A stretch of 64,000 bases of DNA from Phycisphaerae bacterium (GCA_963666925.2 CAXXTC010000006.1:69197-133196); one strand, 5' to 3'. Positions 1-9,860 are shown, numbered from the stretch's first letter. The notes: generated by a model from the letters alone, not told the origin. Numbers and translations are program-made.

Positions 1-95
1 TCACGCCGACGCAGCTTCAGAAAGTACAGAATGAGCAGCGCCGGCACGACGACGGCAGCGATGGTGGCGGCAACCCAGGGCGTCAGGAAACTCAC
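1..95 (-). CDS. BatA-domain (aerotolerance N-terminal)/vWA protein, 5' part only; runs off the window
   Basis: Hand translation from GTG at 95 gives MSFLTPWVAATIAAVVVPALLILYFLKLRRR, a BatA-type N-terminus. It follows MoxR and DUF58 genes, the usual context. Confidence 0.8.
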   Translation of the reverse strand, partial: MSFLTPWVAATIAAVVVPALLILYFLKLRRR

Positions 96-199
96 GGGTG
101 TCTCGCTTCAGACAGGCAAGCGGCACAAATGCACAGCGCATGGCCCACAACGCTGGCCCGCAACGATCCATTCTGGTGCGACGTTCTCATGCTGCCCCC

Positions 200-1126
200 C
201 TACCTTATCAACCCGCGTTGCCGCAGGTACGTCAGCACCAGCACGTCGAACGGAACCCGCGTGCTGGTGAACAGGTAATTGATGCCGCGGCACAGGCAGT
301 GATCCTTCAAACCCGCGCAATACGTCTTGAGATTGGCCTTGTACTTGTCCAGCAGCGGCTTGCTGATGGTCACTTCCGCGGTGTCGTCGTCCTCGACGTC
401 CAGCAGCTTCAGATCGCCGGCAAGCTCGGGGTTGATTTCTTCCGGCGAAAGCACCTGGATGACGTACAGATCGAGGTCGCGACTGAGTAAATAGCGCAGC
501 CCGTCGGCGTAGCCAGTCTTGTCGAGAAAATCGCTCAGCACGACGACCACGCCCTTGCCCGTGTAGCGAACGGCGAAGCGCTTGGCGACGGCCGTGAAAT
601 CGGACGCCCCCTCCAGCGGCATATCTCGCAAAAACTGCATGAGCTGCGCGGCCAACCGCCGGCCGCGCACGCCGCGCATCTCGTGCGTCAGCGTGCCGGA
701 ATAGCCATAGATGCTCACACGGTCGTAGCGGACCAGGCCGATGTACGCCAGCGCGGCCGCAACCCGTTTGACATACATCCCCTTGTTCGGCTTGCCCCAG
801 TCCATGCTGCCCGAAACATCGAGCAAGATGGTGACGTTCAGGTCTTCCTCTTCGAGGAACAGCTTCAGCAGCAGCTTTTCGAGCCGGGCGTAGATGTTCC
901 AGTCCAGAAAACGCAGGTCGTCGCCGACGACATAGTTGCGATAGTCGGCGAACTCGACGCTCTCGCCGCGGCGCTTGCTGCGGCGTTCGCCCTTCATCCG
1001 CCCAACAAATATCTTGCGTGAGAGAATTTCGAGCCGTTCGAGGCGGTTCATGAAATCCGCCGACAGCAACTCGCCGTCGTCGTCAGGCGACTGATCGGGC
1101 CGGATTGTCGTCGGTTCGGTAGCCAT
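200..1126 (-). CDS. DUF58 domain protein (vWA-like partner of MoxR)
   Basis: GESVEFADYRNYVVGDDLRFLDWN motif, DVSGSM MIDAS-like motif, VVLSDF. Confidence 0.93.
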   Translation of the reverse strand: MATEPTTIRPDQSPDDDGELLSADFMNRLERLEILSRKIFVGRMKGERRSKRRGESVEFADYRNYVVGDDLRFLDWNIYARLEKLLLKLFLEEEDLNVTILLDVSGSMDWGKPNKGMYVKRVAAALAYIGLVRYDRVSIYGYSGTLTHEMRGVRGRRLAAQLMQFLRDMPLEGASDFTAVAKRFAVRYTGKGVVVVLSDFLDKTGYADGLRYLLSRDLDLYVIQVLSPEEINPELAGDLKLLDVEDDDTAEVTISKPLLDKYKANLKTYCAGLKDHCLCRGINYLFTSTRVPFDVLVLTYLRQRGLIR

Positions 1127-1138
1127 GGGCAGCGCCGG

Positions 1139-2155
1139 CTACGCAACCGCCTCGGTGGCGGTGGGCAGCTTTTCCAGGATGTCGTCAATGACGCTGTCGG
1201 TGCTGAGTCCTTCGGCCTCCCCTTCAAAATTGAGCAGCAGACGGTGACGCAGCCCGGGACAGGCCGCCTTCTTGACGTCGTCGAAACTCACGTTGTACCG
1301 GCCATCGAGCATGGCGTAGATCTTCGCCGCCAGCGTGAGCGCCTGGGCACCACGCGGGCTGGCCCCCCAGCGCACATATTGATTCACCATCGGCGTCGCA
1401 AACTCGCCCTCGGGATGCGTCGCCAGCACCACGCGGATAGCGTAGTCCTGTACGTGCGGGGCCATGATGATCCGCTGCACGAGTTTCTGGCCGGCGATAA
1501 TCCGCTCGCCGTCAAGCACCGGCTGTATATCGGGCACGTAGCCGGTCGTGGTGCGCTCCATAATCGTCTTCAGCTCTTCGCGATCCGAATAGCCAACGAT
1601 GAGCTTGAAGAAAAACCGGTCGAGCTGTGCTTCGGGCAGCGGATAGGTACCCTCCTGCTCGATCGGGTTCTGCGTAGCCATGACGAAAAACGGGGCCTTC
1701 AGCGCGTAACGCGTGCCGCCGGAAGTAATCGCATGTTCCTGCATGGCCTCCAGCAGAGCGGATTGCGTCTTTGGCGTGGCGCGGTTGATCTCGTCGGCCA
1801 GCAGAATCTGAGCGAAGACCGGGCCGCGCTGAAACTCGAACCCCCGCCGGCCGGTCTGCGGGTCTTCGTTGATGATGTTGGTGCCGATGATGTCGGCTGG
1901 CATCAGGTCGGGCGTAAACTGAATGCGCGAGAAGTCGAGGTTGAGCGCTTGCGAGAGCGTGCGGATGAGCAGCGTCTTGCCCAGGCCGGGGACGCCCTCG
2001 AGCAACGCGTGCCCATCGGCGAAGAGGCACACCAGCACCCCATCGACGATATCGCGGTGGCCAACGATCATCTTGCCGATCTCACCGCGCAGCTTGTCGA
2101 ACTCCTCGCGAAAGGCCGCCACCTCGTGCTCGACCTGCATATCACCAACTGCCAT
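1139..2155 (-). CDS. moxR: MoxR family AAA+ ATPase
   Basis: Walker A EGVPGLGKT, RIQFTPDLMPADI, LADEINRATPKTQSALLEAMQE, EGTYPLPEAQLDRF. Confidence 0.96.
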   Translation of the reverse strand: MAVGDMQVEHEVAAFREEFDKLRGEIGKMIVGHRDIVDGVLVCLFADGHALLEGVPGLGKTLLIRTLSQALNLDFSRIQFTPDLMPADIIGTNIINEDPQTGRRGFEFQRGPVFAQILLADEINRATPKTQSALLEAMQEHAITSGGTRYALKAPFFVMATQNPIEQEGTYPLPEAQLDRFFFKLIVGYSDREELKTIMERTTTGYVPDIQPVLDGERIIAGQKLVQRIIMAPHVQDYAIRVVLATHPEGEFATPMVNQYVRWGASPRGAQALTLAAKIYAMLDGRYNVSFDDVKKAACPGLRHRLLLNFEGEAEGLSTDSVIDDILEKLPTATEAVA

Positions 2156-2272
2156 GTGGTTCTCCCCTGTGCGGCGTCGCCGCGTCCTGAGGACCCTCGC
2201 TATTCGACACTCACGGCACCGATTCTAAGGCCGGACCGCCCATCTTGCGAACCGATTCCCCGGGGCCACCGC

Positions 2273-3481
2273 CTAGAGATTACGGTTGTCGAGCCAATCC
2301 AGGATCTCCGGGTAGATTTTCTCGGTGGCCAGCGGAGTGGCCTCGATCTCGCCGTGGGCCAGTTCGTCGATAAGCAGATGGTGCTTGTCGAGGGCCGGTA
2401 TGCGGTCGAAGAACAGCTTGCGGGTGACGTCCGGGTTGGCGATCCGGTCGCGCCCGCCGTGCACCACGAGCGTTGAGACCTCGACCAGGTCGTAGTGGTC
2501 GGAATAGATGTGGTCGGGCTGGCCCAGCAGGCTGATGAAGCCGCGCTGGCGAACGCACTTCGCGAGCTGGCCGAGCACGCCGGCCTTCATGGTATCCAGC
2601 ACCAGCCGGCGACCGCCCAGGATGATGTCCGCCCGGTGGTTGGTACCCCCGGTAAACGTGCCGGCCAGTTGGAGCATAGTCTGGACGGCGGCACGTTCGA
2701 GTGTCTCAGCCCGCTCGGCCAGGGGCCGCGGCAGGCGGTGCCACCACGGCTTGGCAAATTCGCCGCCGGTGATCCAGTTCAGCGGGACCTCGCCGGCCGC
2801 TTCGAGAATCGCCTGAAGCCAGCCCCAGCGGGCCAGCAGCTCGAACGGATAGTTCGAGGAGCCGTCGGGTTTCCAGAATTCTTTGCCCAACTCGGCCCAG
2901 CGCAGCCGGCCGGCATCGTCGTACAGGGCCGCCGGCCAGCGCAGCGCAGCCGGAAACTCCACAAAAACGCACCCCGCCAGAGCTTCCTGGCGCTGCCGGG
3001 CCAGAGCCGCATCAGCGCGGATACCGCCCTGCCCCCCAGTTCCAGCAAACACGGCCCCCTGGACATACCCCGCCAGCGTCATGGCCCCCATGCTTGCCCC
3101 GATGACAAACGGCTTGCGGCCCGTAACCTGGCGAACGTGGTCGACCACCGCCGGCAGATCGTAGAGAACAAAATGATCAACGCACCAGTCGGTCTGCTGG
3201 GCCGGCGGCGTGCTGAGCATGTGCGGGCCGCCGTGGCCGCGGAGATTCATCAGCCAGACGTCGTACCCGCCCGAGTGCATCACCGTCGCCAGGCTGCGGT
3301 AGTGATAATCGGGCGTCTCGACGTCCGGCAGATTCCAGAGATCCGCGTTGGACGCCAGCCCGTGGATGGTAATCACCGGCGTACCATCCGGGTTCGCCCG
3401 GCGTTTGCAGGCAACCTCAGCACCATCCGCAGTTGGGATGCGCTCGATCGTGTAATCGGCAGTAGGCGTACTTTCTTCCAC
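2273..3481 (-). CDS. Alpha/beta-fold hydrolase (lipase/esterase-like)
   Basis: IHGLASN oxyanion region, NLRGHG, GASMG nucleophile elbow, GGRDRI Asp, C-terminal AHG. Confidence 0.85.
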   Translation of the reverse strand: MEESTPTADYTIERIPTADGAEVACKRRANPDGTPVITIHGLASNADLWNLPDVETPDYHYRSLATVMHSGGYDVWLMNLRGHGGPHMLSTPPAQQTDWCVDHFVLYDLPAVVDHVRQVTGRKPFVIGASMGAMTLAGYVQGAVFAGTGGQGGIRADAALARQRQEALAGCVFVEFPAALRWPAALYDDAGRLRWAELGKEFWKPDGSSNYPFELLARWGWLQAILEAAGEVPLNWITGGEFAKPWWHRLPRPLAERAETLERAAVQTMLQLAGTFTGGTNHRADIILGGRRLVLDTMKAGVLGQLAKCVRQRGFISLLGQPDHIYSDHYDLVEVSTLVVHGGRDRIANPDVTRKLFFDRIPALDKHHLLIDELAHGEIEATPLATEKIYPEILDWLDNRNL

Positions 3482-3702
3482 GTACTAATCTCCGCCCGGG
3501 TAACTGGCGGCTGCCGGCTCGCCCCGGATCAACTCGCGGAAAAGAATGATAGCCGGTCAGAGACAGCGCGTGGAGCGCCGGCCGGCCCGATCACGGGCTA
3601 CCAGACCGCACCTCGCGAAGACCCGCGCAAAACACACCGCCGTGCACATCGCTGCGCACGGCGGCATGATGATTATCCGTTCTCGTATGCGCGAGCCCCG
3701 GA

Positions 3703-4068
3703 TCAGGCCGGCTGAGGCACCTGCTCGCGGGCCAGTTCGACGATCTTGTCGAAGGCCGCCGCGTCAGCAATCGCAATCTCGCTGAGCATCTTGCGATTCA
3801 GGAAAATATTGGCGCGCTTCAGGCCGCCCATAAACTTGCTGTAGGAGAGCCCGCGGGCATTGCAGGCCGCAGTGACACGGGTGATCCACAGAGCGCGAAA
3901 CTCACGCTTGCGGGCACGCCGATCACGATAGGCGTTCTGGCCGGCCTTGATGACCGACTGCTTCGCCGACCGGTAAAGCTTACTTCGGCTGCCACGGAAA
4001 CCCTTGGCGGCCTTGAGAACGCGTTTGTGCCGCCGACGGGTAGCGTGGCCAGGTCTTACGCGTGGCAT
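3703..4068 (-). CDS. rplT: 50S ribosomal protein L20
   Basis: MPRV...AKGFRGSRS...AYRDRR..KREFRALWITR...LNRKMLSEIA. Confidence 0.98.
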   Translation of the reverse strand: MPRVRPGHATRRRHKRVLKAAKGFRGSRSKLYRSAKQSVIKAGQNAYRDRRARKREFRALWITRVTAACNARGLSYSKFMGGLKRANIFLNRKMLSEIAIADAAAFDKIVELAREQVPQPA

Positions 4069-4098
4069 CGCTTATGCTCCTTGTGCGCTGCTGCGCGA

Positions 4099-4296
4099 CT
4101 AATCCTCACACAACTGCCGACGGACGTTCCGGGCAATCTGCCCCGTGAGAATGGTCGGCTTGCGGAGACGCTGGCGACGTCGACCCGACTTGCCGCTCAT
4201 CAGGTGCCCGGCAAAGGACTTCTTATACCGGACCTTACCCCGAGCGGAGACCTTAAACCGCTTCTGGACGCCCTTGTTTGGCTTCTGTTTATTCAT
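4099..4296 (-). CDS. rpmI: 50S ribosomal protein L35
   Basis: From ATG 4296: MNKQKPNKGVQKRFKVSARGKV...GHLMSGKS; directly upstream of rplT. Confidence 0.95.
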   Translation of the reverse strand: MNKQKPNKGVQKRFKVSARGKVRYKKSFAGHLMSGKSGRRRQRLRKPTILTGQIARNVRRQLCED

Positions 4297-4314
4297 CGCG
4301 ATACTTCCTGAGGA

Positions 4315-4368
4315 TGTAGTCGAGCCACGCAGTATATTGCAACCCACCCTACCACGCAACCGACCACA
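4315..4368 (-). promoter_or_regulatory. Long hairpin in the rpmI-rplT leader (candidate L20 autoregulatory structure)
   Basis: RNA UGUGGUCG pairs with CGACUACA (8 bp) and GUUGCGUGGUA with UACUGCGUGGC (11 bp, GU-rich), about 18 nt before the start codon. Confidence 0.4.
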
Positions 4369-4619
4369 CAGAGATTTACTGTGACCGCTCCCAACAGTAT
4401 AATCCCCCAACGGTCAGACCTGAAGCCCCCCGACAACCAGTCCGATGCTGTACACGGACCACGCCATGCCACTGGCCTGGTCGGCCCCAACTGGTGTCTC
4501 TGGTCGGCCCGATAATCTGACGCCTCCCCCCTGACACCAGACAGGATTTCAGTACGATTTAGCAGGACGCCCAAAGCTCGTAAACGCTGTTGTCCTACAA
4601 TCACGCTAGGAACGCCACC

Positions 4620-6002
4620 ATGGCTATGCGGAGAATGGGAATTATCGTCGGCGGAGGACCCGCCCCGGGTATCAACGCCGTCATCGGTGCCGCCACCATC
4701 CAGGCCATTAACGGCGGCTTCGAAGTCGTCGGCTTCTACGACGGGTTCCGCAATCTGATCTCCGATGCGTTCGACCCGCCAACGCATACCATGCGGCTCG
4801 ACATCCCACGCGTCGCACGCATCCATTTCGACGGCGGCTCTATCCTGCGGACCGCAAGATCCAATCTCCTCGACCAGGAATCCGTCAAGTCCGGCGGACG
4901 CGTCGAACCGCACCCCGCCAGGATCTCGCTAGCCCTCGGCCGGATGCGAGAACTCGGAATCAACTGCCTCCTGACCATTGGCGGAGACGACACCGCCCTC
5001 AGCGCACGCTTCCTCTCAGAAGCCGGCGGCGAGAACATGCGCGTCGTCCACGTACCCAAAACCATCGACAACGACCTCCCCCTCCCACAAAACCAGCCCA
5101 CCTTCGGCTTCTCCACCGCTCGCTTCATCGGCGCCCAGCTCGTCAAGAACCTGATGCGCGACTCCCAGACCACCGGACGCTGGTACCTCGTCAACGCCAT
5201 GGGCCGCAGCGCAGGCTGGCTCGCCATGTCCATCGGCCAGGCCGCCGGCGCAACCATCTCACTCATCCCCGAAGAGTTCGACGAAGTCAGCAGCATCGGA
5301 CAAATCGCCGACGTCCTCGAAGGGGCCATCCTCAAACGCCTCGTCCGCGGCCGGCGCGACGGCGTCGCCGTCCTCGCCGAGGGTCTGGCCTATCGCCTCG
5401 GCGACCGCGAAGAGCTCAAACACCTGCTCGGACGCGAGGTGCCGCTCGATGCCGCCGGCCACATGCGCCTCTCCGAAGTCCCACTGCTCGAGCTCCTCAA
5501 ACGCGAGCTTCAGGATCGTTTCAAGGCCCGCGGCGAAGCGCTGCCGCTGGTCACCCACAACATCGGCTACGAACTGCGGTCGGCCGACCCCACGCCACAC
5601 GACATGGCCTATTGCCGGGCACTCGGCTACCACAGCATCCGCCTCTTCACTCAGCCAAAGCCGCCCTCCCACGGCGTCATGGTCGCACTCGTCAACGGCA
5701 ACCTCAAAGCCCTAGATTTCGGCGACATCGTCGATCCTGACACCAACCGCATCCAGACTCGGCTGGTCGACATCAACTCCGACGAGTACATGGTCGGCCG
5801 TGCCTACATGATCCGACTCGAACGGGCCGACCTCGAAGATCCGGTCACGCTCGCCAAGCTGGCCGTCGCGGCCCACATGTCGCCGGCCGAGTTCCGCCAG
5901 CGCTACGAGCGGCCGGCTTCGCGGCTGTGCGATATCCCGACGCAATCCGCCGACTCGGCCAGCACTGCCCCCGTAAAACAGCCCGCAAACGAGCCCTATT
6001 AG
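4620..6002 (+). CDS. pfp: 6-phosphofructokinase, pyrophosphate-dependent type
   Basis: GGGPAPGINAVI, GGDDT (Asp of the PPi type), PKTIDND, MGR, GYELR. ATG 4620 is the likely start. Confidence 0.9.
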   Translation: MAMRRMGIIVGGGPAPGINAVIGAATIQAINGGFEVVGFYDGFRNLISDAFDPPTHTMRLDIPRVARIHFDGGSILRTARSNLLDQESVKSGGRVEPHPARISLALGRMRELGINCLLTIGGDDTALSARFLSEAGGENMRVVHVPKTIDNDLPLPQNQPTFGFSTARFIGAQLVKNLMRDSQTTGRWYLVNAMGRSAGWLAMSIGQAAGATISLIPEEFDEVSSIGQIADVLEGAILKRLVRGRRDGVAVLAEGLAYRLGDREELKHLLGREVPLDAAGHMRLSEVPLLELLKRELQDRFKARGEALPLVTHNIGYELRSADPTPHDMAYCRALGYHSIRLFTQPKPPSHGVMVALVNGNLKALDFGDIVDPDTNRIQTRLVDINSDEYMVGRAYMIRLERADLEDPVTLAKLAVAAHMSPAEFRQRYERPASRLCDIPTQSADSASTAPVKQPANEPY

Positions 6003-6062
6003 GACCTGACCCGCAACTGCAGCATCGACTTGTAACCTCTGTCGCGCCGCCTACCCACTACT

Positions 6063-6120
6063 GTGGCACCGGTTTGTAATCCTTGTAGCCCCCCCTTGTG
6101 GCACCGGTTTGTAACCGGTG
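6063..6120 (+). repeat. REP-like palindromes (GTGGCACCGGTTTGTAACCGGTG; one full and one partial copy)
   Basis: GTRG followed by a short hairpin CACCGGTT...AACCGGTG. Related copies at 8500-8522 and 8560-8582. Confidence 0.7.
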
Positions 6121-6351
6121 TTTCGCGCCGGCAACAAACCCCAATGCCACAACTATGGAGCGACCTCTGGTAACACTGCGCTCGCGATTGGCCATCGGTT
6201 GGAGCGCGACTACAATCCGATGCCGTGTTCGACGGCGTATTCAGGGCCGAAGCGCCGCGCTCGCCAAAACCGCTCTACGGGCGTGCTGCTCGTCCCACCA
6301 CTGACAATCTGCTCACAGCTTGCGTAGCTGCACCAGCGCAAAACAGCGAGG

Positions 6352-7446
6352 ATGACCGTGCCGCGAGAAACGATCTCGATACCGCAAAAGCTGGAGTCGT
6401 TATCGGTGCTGGCGCCCGACGGGAAACTGGACACCGATCTGGAGCCACACATCCCGGACGACGACCTGCGCCGCCTGTACCGCTGCATGCTCACCGCCCG
6501 CCGACTGGACGAACGCTGCCTGATGCTCCAGCGCCAGGGCCGCATCGGCACCTTCGGACCCAGCAAGGGCCAGGAAGCCACCCCGCTCGGCGTCGCCTAC
6601 ACGCTGAACCCGGACGACTGGCACGTGCCCACTTTCCGCGAGACGGCCGGCCAGCTCTGGCGCGGCTGGCCCATCGACACCATGATGCTCTTCTGGGGCG
6701 GGCACGAAGCCGGCAACGCCGTCCCCGGAAACGTCAACGACCTGCCCACCGCCGTCCCGATCGCCTCACAATGCCAATACGCCATGGGCATCTCCTGGGG
6801 CCTGAAGCTCAAGGGCAATCAGCAGGTCTGCGCCGTCTACTGCGGCGACGGCGGCACATCAGAAGGCGACTTCCACGAGGCCCTGAACCTCGCCGGCGTA
6901 CAGAACCTACCCCTCATCATGGTCGTCCAGAACAACCACTGGGCCATTTCCATCCCACGCAGCGCGCAAACACGCTCCCAAACCATCGCCCAGAAAGCCG
7001 TCGCCTACGGAATCGACGGCGTCCAGGTCGACGGCAACGACATCCTCGCCGTCATCGTCGCCCTGCGCGAAGCAATCGAAAAAGCCCGCACCGGCGGCGG
7101 GCCAACGCTGATCGAGGCCGTCACCTATCGCCTCAGCATGCACACAACCGCGGACGATCCGAAAAAGTACCGCACGGACGAGGAAGTCAGCGAGTGGGAA
7201 CCGCGCGACCCACTACCGCGCTTCCAGCGTTACCTCCAGCGCAAGAAGCTGCTCGACGAGCAACTCGAGCAGGAGCTGGACGCAGAGATCAAGGCCGAGC
7301 TGGACGAAGCCGTGCGGAAGTATGAGGCTTACAAGTTTGACCCAACCGATTTCTTCAACCACATGTACGCCGAGCTGACGCCGGAACTGCGCGAGCAGAT
7401 GCAGGAACTGCGCGCCTATCTCGGTCAAATCCAGTCCGCCGACTGA
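6352..7446 (+). CDS. pdhA: Pyruvate/2-oxoacid dehydrogenase E1 alpha subunit
   Basis: LQRQGRIG, GQEA, TPP motif GDGGTSEGDFHEALN...QNNHWAIS, YRLSMHTTADDP. Confidence 0.93.
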   Translation: MTVPRETISIPQKLESLSVLAPDGKLDTDLEPHIPDDDLRRLYRCMLTARRLDERCLMLQRQGRIGTFGPSKGQEATPLGVAYTLNPDDWHVPTFRETAGQLWRGWPIDTMMLFWGGHEAGNAVPGNVNDLPTAVPIASQCQYAMGISWGLKLKGNQQVCAVYCGDGGTSEGDFHEALNLAGVQNLPLIMVVQNNHWAISIPRSAQTRSQTIAQKAVAYGIDGVQVDGNDILAVIVALREAIEKARTGGGPTLIEAVTYRLSMHTTADDPKKYRTDEEVSEWEPRDPLPRFQRYLQRKKLLDEQLEQELDAEIKAELDEAVRKYEAYKFDPTDFFNHMYAELTPELREQMQELRAYLGQIQSAD

Positions 7447-7500
7447 AAAATCGCCGGACAGAGATAGAGAGATGCACAACGTGGCAGAGAGGAGCACAAC

Positions 7501-8481
7501 GTGGCGCAGTTGACCATGGTGAAGGCGCTCAACCTGGCGTTGACGGAGTTGATGCACGCGGACTCGCGTGTACTGGTGCTCGGACAGGACGTCGGACAGG
7601 ACGAGGGCGTCTTCCGCGTAACCGAGGGCCTGCTGCAAACGTTTGGCCCGGACCGCTGCATCGACACCCCCCTGGCCGAGGCCGCCATCGTCGGTGCCGG
7701 CATCGGCCTGTCATTCACCGGCTACCTGCCCGTGTGCGAGCTCCAGTTCGACGGGTTCTCGTTCCAGGCCTTTCACCAGACCGAGAACCACGCCCGCCGC
7801 TTTCGCAACCGCACGCGCGGCCGCTACACCTGCCCAATGGTGATTCGCATGCCCTACGGCGGCGGTATCCGCGCGATCGAGCATCACAGCGAAGCGCCCG
7901 AGGCAACCTACGCCCACTTGGCAGGTTTGAAAGTGGTCATACCCTCAGGCCCGCGGAACGCCCGAGCGCTCTTGCGCAGCGCGATCCTCGACCCGGACCC
8001 GGTGATTTTCTTCGAGCCCAAGGCGGCTTATCGGGCGTTTCGCGAAGAGGTCCCGGACGAGCCCGAGACCATGCCGATCGGCAAAGGCGTCGTAGCTCGT
8101 GAAGGTCGCGACGTGACACTGATCACGTACGGGGCGCTTGTTCGGCCCACGCTGGAGGCGGCCGAGGAACTGGCGGACGAGCACGAGGTGGATGCCGAAG
8201 TGCTCGACATGTTGTCGGTGTCACCGCTCGACGGCGAGCTGATCAACGCATCCGTGCAGAAAACCGGCCGGGCGGTCGTCGTACACGAATCGCCGCGTCA
8301 TTGCGGCGTCGGCGCCGAGATCGTCGCCCGAATCGTCGAAAAGAGCCTGCTTTACCTGGAAGCGCCGGTTAAGCGCGTTACCGGCTTCGACACGATCATC
8401 CCCTACTTCGCAAACGAGCTGACCTACATCCCCAGCGCCGGCCGAGTCGTACAAGCCACGCTCGAAACGATGAAGTTCTGA
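7501..8481 (+). CDS. pdhB: Pyruvate/2-oxoacid dehydrogenase E1 beta subunit
   Basis: GVFRVTEGL, DTPLAEAAIVG, ELQF, RMPYGGG..EHHS, DPVIFFEPK. Confidence 0.93.
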   Translation: MAQLTMVKALNLALTELMHADSRVLVLGQDVGQDEGVFRVTEGLLQTFGPDRCIDTPLAEAAIVGAGIGLSFTGYLPVCELQFDGFSFQAFHQTENHARRFRNRTRGRYTCPMVIRMPYGGGIRAIEHHSEAPEATYAHLAGLKVVIPSGPRNARALLRSAILDPDPVIFFEPKAAYRAFREEVPDEPETMPIGKGVVAREGRDVTLITYGALVRPTLEAAEELADEHEVDAEVLDMLSVSPLDGELINASVQKTGRAVVVHESPRHCGVGAEIVARIVEKSLLYLEAPVKRVTGFDTIIPYFANELTYIPSAGRVVQATLETMKF

Positions 8482-8499
8482 GCGGAAGAATCGACCAAT

Positions 8500-8645
8500 G
8501 TAGCACCGGTTTGCAATCGGTGCGTAAACCGGCCCTCGCCGGGGGCCCCATCCCAAAGTGTGGCACAGGCTAATAGCCTGTGGCGAGAACATGGGGCGGG
8601 TGACGGACGGATGATTCAACCCGCGTCGCGCTGCACCCGCCCTTA
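8500..8645. repeat. Cluster of REP-like palindromes downstream of pdhB
   Basis: GTAGCACCGGTTTGCAATCGGTG (8500-8522), GTGGCACAGGCTAATAGCCTGTG (8560-8582), and inverted arms GGGCGGGTG...CACCCGCCC (about 8594-8642). Confidence 0.65.
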
Positions 8646-8743
8646 CAAACCACCCCCGAGCTTATAAACGATCTTACCTGGTACCAGGATCCTGCCGAGC
8701 GTAGCATAAGTGAGTAAACGAACCGGCTGTCGAGGAAACCACC

Positions 8744-9025
8744 ATGGCGCTATGCTGCCCGCATTGCTCAGCTCCGGTCACGGAAGTCGCCAACTTCTGC
8801 CCACGCTGTGGACACGCACTGGCCCGCGGAGCAGGCCCGGACAGCGGCTTCATCCGCTGGCGCCGACAGGTTCACCGGCGTCAGGCGATTCTCAGCGGCC
8901 TGGCAATCCCCGTCGGGCTTTTCTTCCTGCCAATCAGCCCATTCACAACGCTGATCGTCACCGGCCTCGGCACACTCGGCCTGATAATCAGCCTCCTCCG
9001 ACTAAGCCGCTACCCGGCCCAGTAA
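8744..9025 (+). CDS. Zinc-ribbon domain small membrane protein
   Basis: CPHC...NFCPRCG at the N-terminus plus two hydrophobic helices; GAGG SD upstream. Confidence 0.8.
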   Translation: MALCCPHCSAPVTEVANFCPRCGHALARGAGPDSGFIRWRRQVHRRQAILSGLAIPVGLFFLPISPFTTLIVTGLGTLGLIISLLRLSRYPAQ

Positions 9026-9094
9026 TTCCCCACGGCCGATCACTGGTCAAGCCCGCTTGACTAACTGCCCCTACAAGGCAAGCCTGCTTGACTA

Positions 9095-9215
9095 GAACCT
9101 ATCCTAAAACCTCATAACTGTGGTCATATGTACTGTGAGAATTGCAGTTTCTCTCGGGTTTCGCGTCATCCGGCCTCCAGTGGCGAGGTGCCAAAACAGG
9201 TTCTGGGATAGGTTC
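9095..9215. mobile_element. MITE (121 bp) with terminal inverted repeats and TA target duplication
   Basis: TA-GAACCTATCCTAAAACCT ... AGGTTCTGGGATAGGTTC-TA (16/18 IR match); AT-richer interior; no ORF. Confidence 0.75.
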
Positions 9216-9255
9216 TAATCCCCACCTATAGAACATCGCCACTCCCGCAACACAC

Positions 9256-9282
9256 CCGCTCATGATGCTCAATTCGCAACGA
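9256..9282 (+). repeat. Direct repeat copy 1 (partner at 12696-12722)
   Basis: CCGCTCATGATGCTC(A/G)ATTCGCAACGA with one mismatch; weaker similarity extends over about 60 bp. Confidence 0.8.
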
Positions 9283-9308
9283 GATCGACATCCCCCCGCC
9301 GGCGCGGC

Positions 9309-9860
9309 CTACGCCAAACGCGCATTGATCGCGTCGATCAGTTCGCGGTCGGAACGATACCGCGTCCCCCACGACCGCGGCAGCGTCGCGACCCGCCCGC
9401 CGTCACGATCCAGCAACACAACCTCGCCCGACAGCGTCAGATGCTCCGCCCGACCCACCCGGGAAAGTTCGATACTGACCGGCTCCTCCGCTCCATAACG
9501 GGCCGTGAGATGCGCAGCGCTCAGCCGAAACTCGAGCTCGGGCGCGCGCTGCCGAGCGATTACCCACAGCGCGCCCCACATGCCTAGCAGAAGTGCCGGC
9601 GCAATCAGGTCACCGACACCGAGATCAATGTCGACACTCGGCGGCAGGTCGAGGTGCCAGGCCCGGCCCAGCCAAACCAGGCCGGCCAGCGGAATACGCA
9701 ACAGCATCAGCAGCGTGACCAATGCCAGCAGATCGAGCCCAACGGTCACCCACAGAGGCGCCGCCAAATGCCGGCGGAATACCTTGTCCATCGTACCGGC
9801 CGCAACTTCCGCTCCCGGCGAATGTCCCGCAGAAGACCCGTTTGCAGTTTCCATGCTCAT
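9309..9860 (-). CDS. Hypothetical membrane protein (2 TM + small soluble domain)
   Basis: 183-aa ORF with two hydrophobic segments; co-oriented and tightly spaced with the upstream genes. Confidence 0.7.
   Translation of the reverse strand: MSMETANGSSAGHSPGAEVAAGTMDKVFRRHLAAPLWVTVGLDLLALVTLLMLLRIPLAGLVWLGRAWHLDLPPSVDIDLGVGDLIAPALLLGMWGALWVIARQRAPELEFRLSAAHLTARYGAEEPVSIELSRVGRAEHLTLSGEVVLLDRDGGRVATLPRSWGTRYRSDRELIDAINARLA

Noticed and set aside
6063..6120. CRISPR array
   Set aside because: Only two short units with no spacer series and no cas genes; better explained as REP-like palindromes.
6200..6278. Third copy of the TAGAGC...GCTCTA element
   Set aside because: Only the ends resemble it (TGGAGCG...CGCTCTA); the interior does not align with the two copies.
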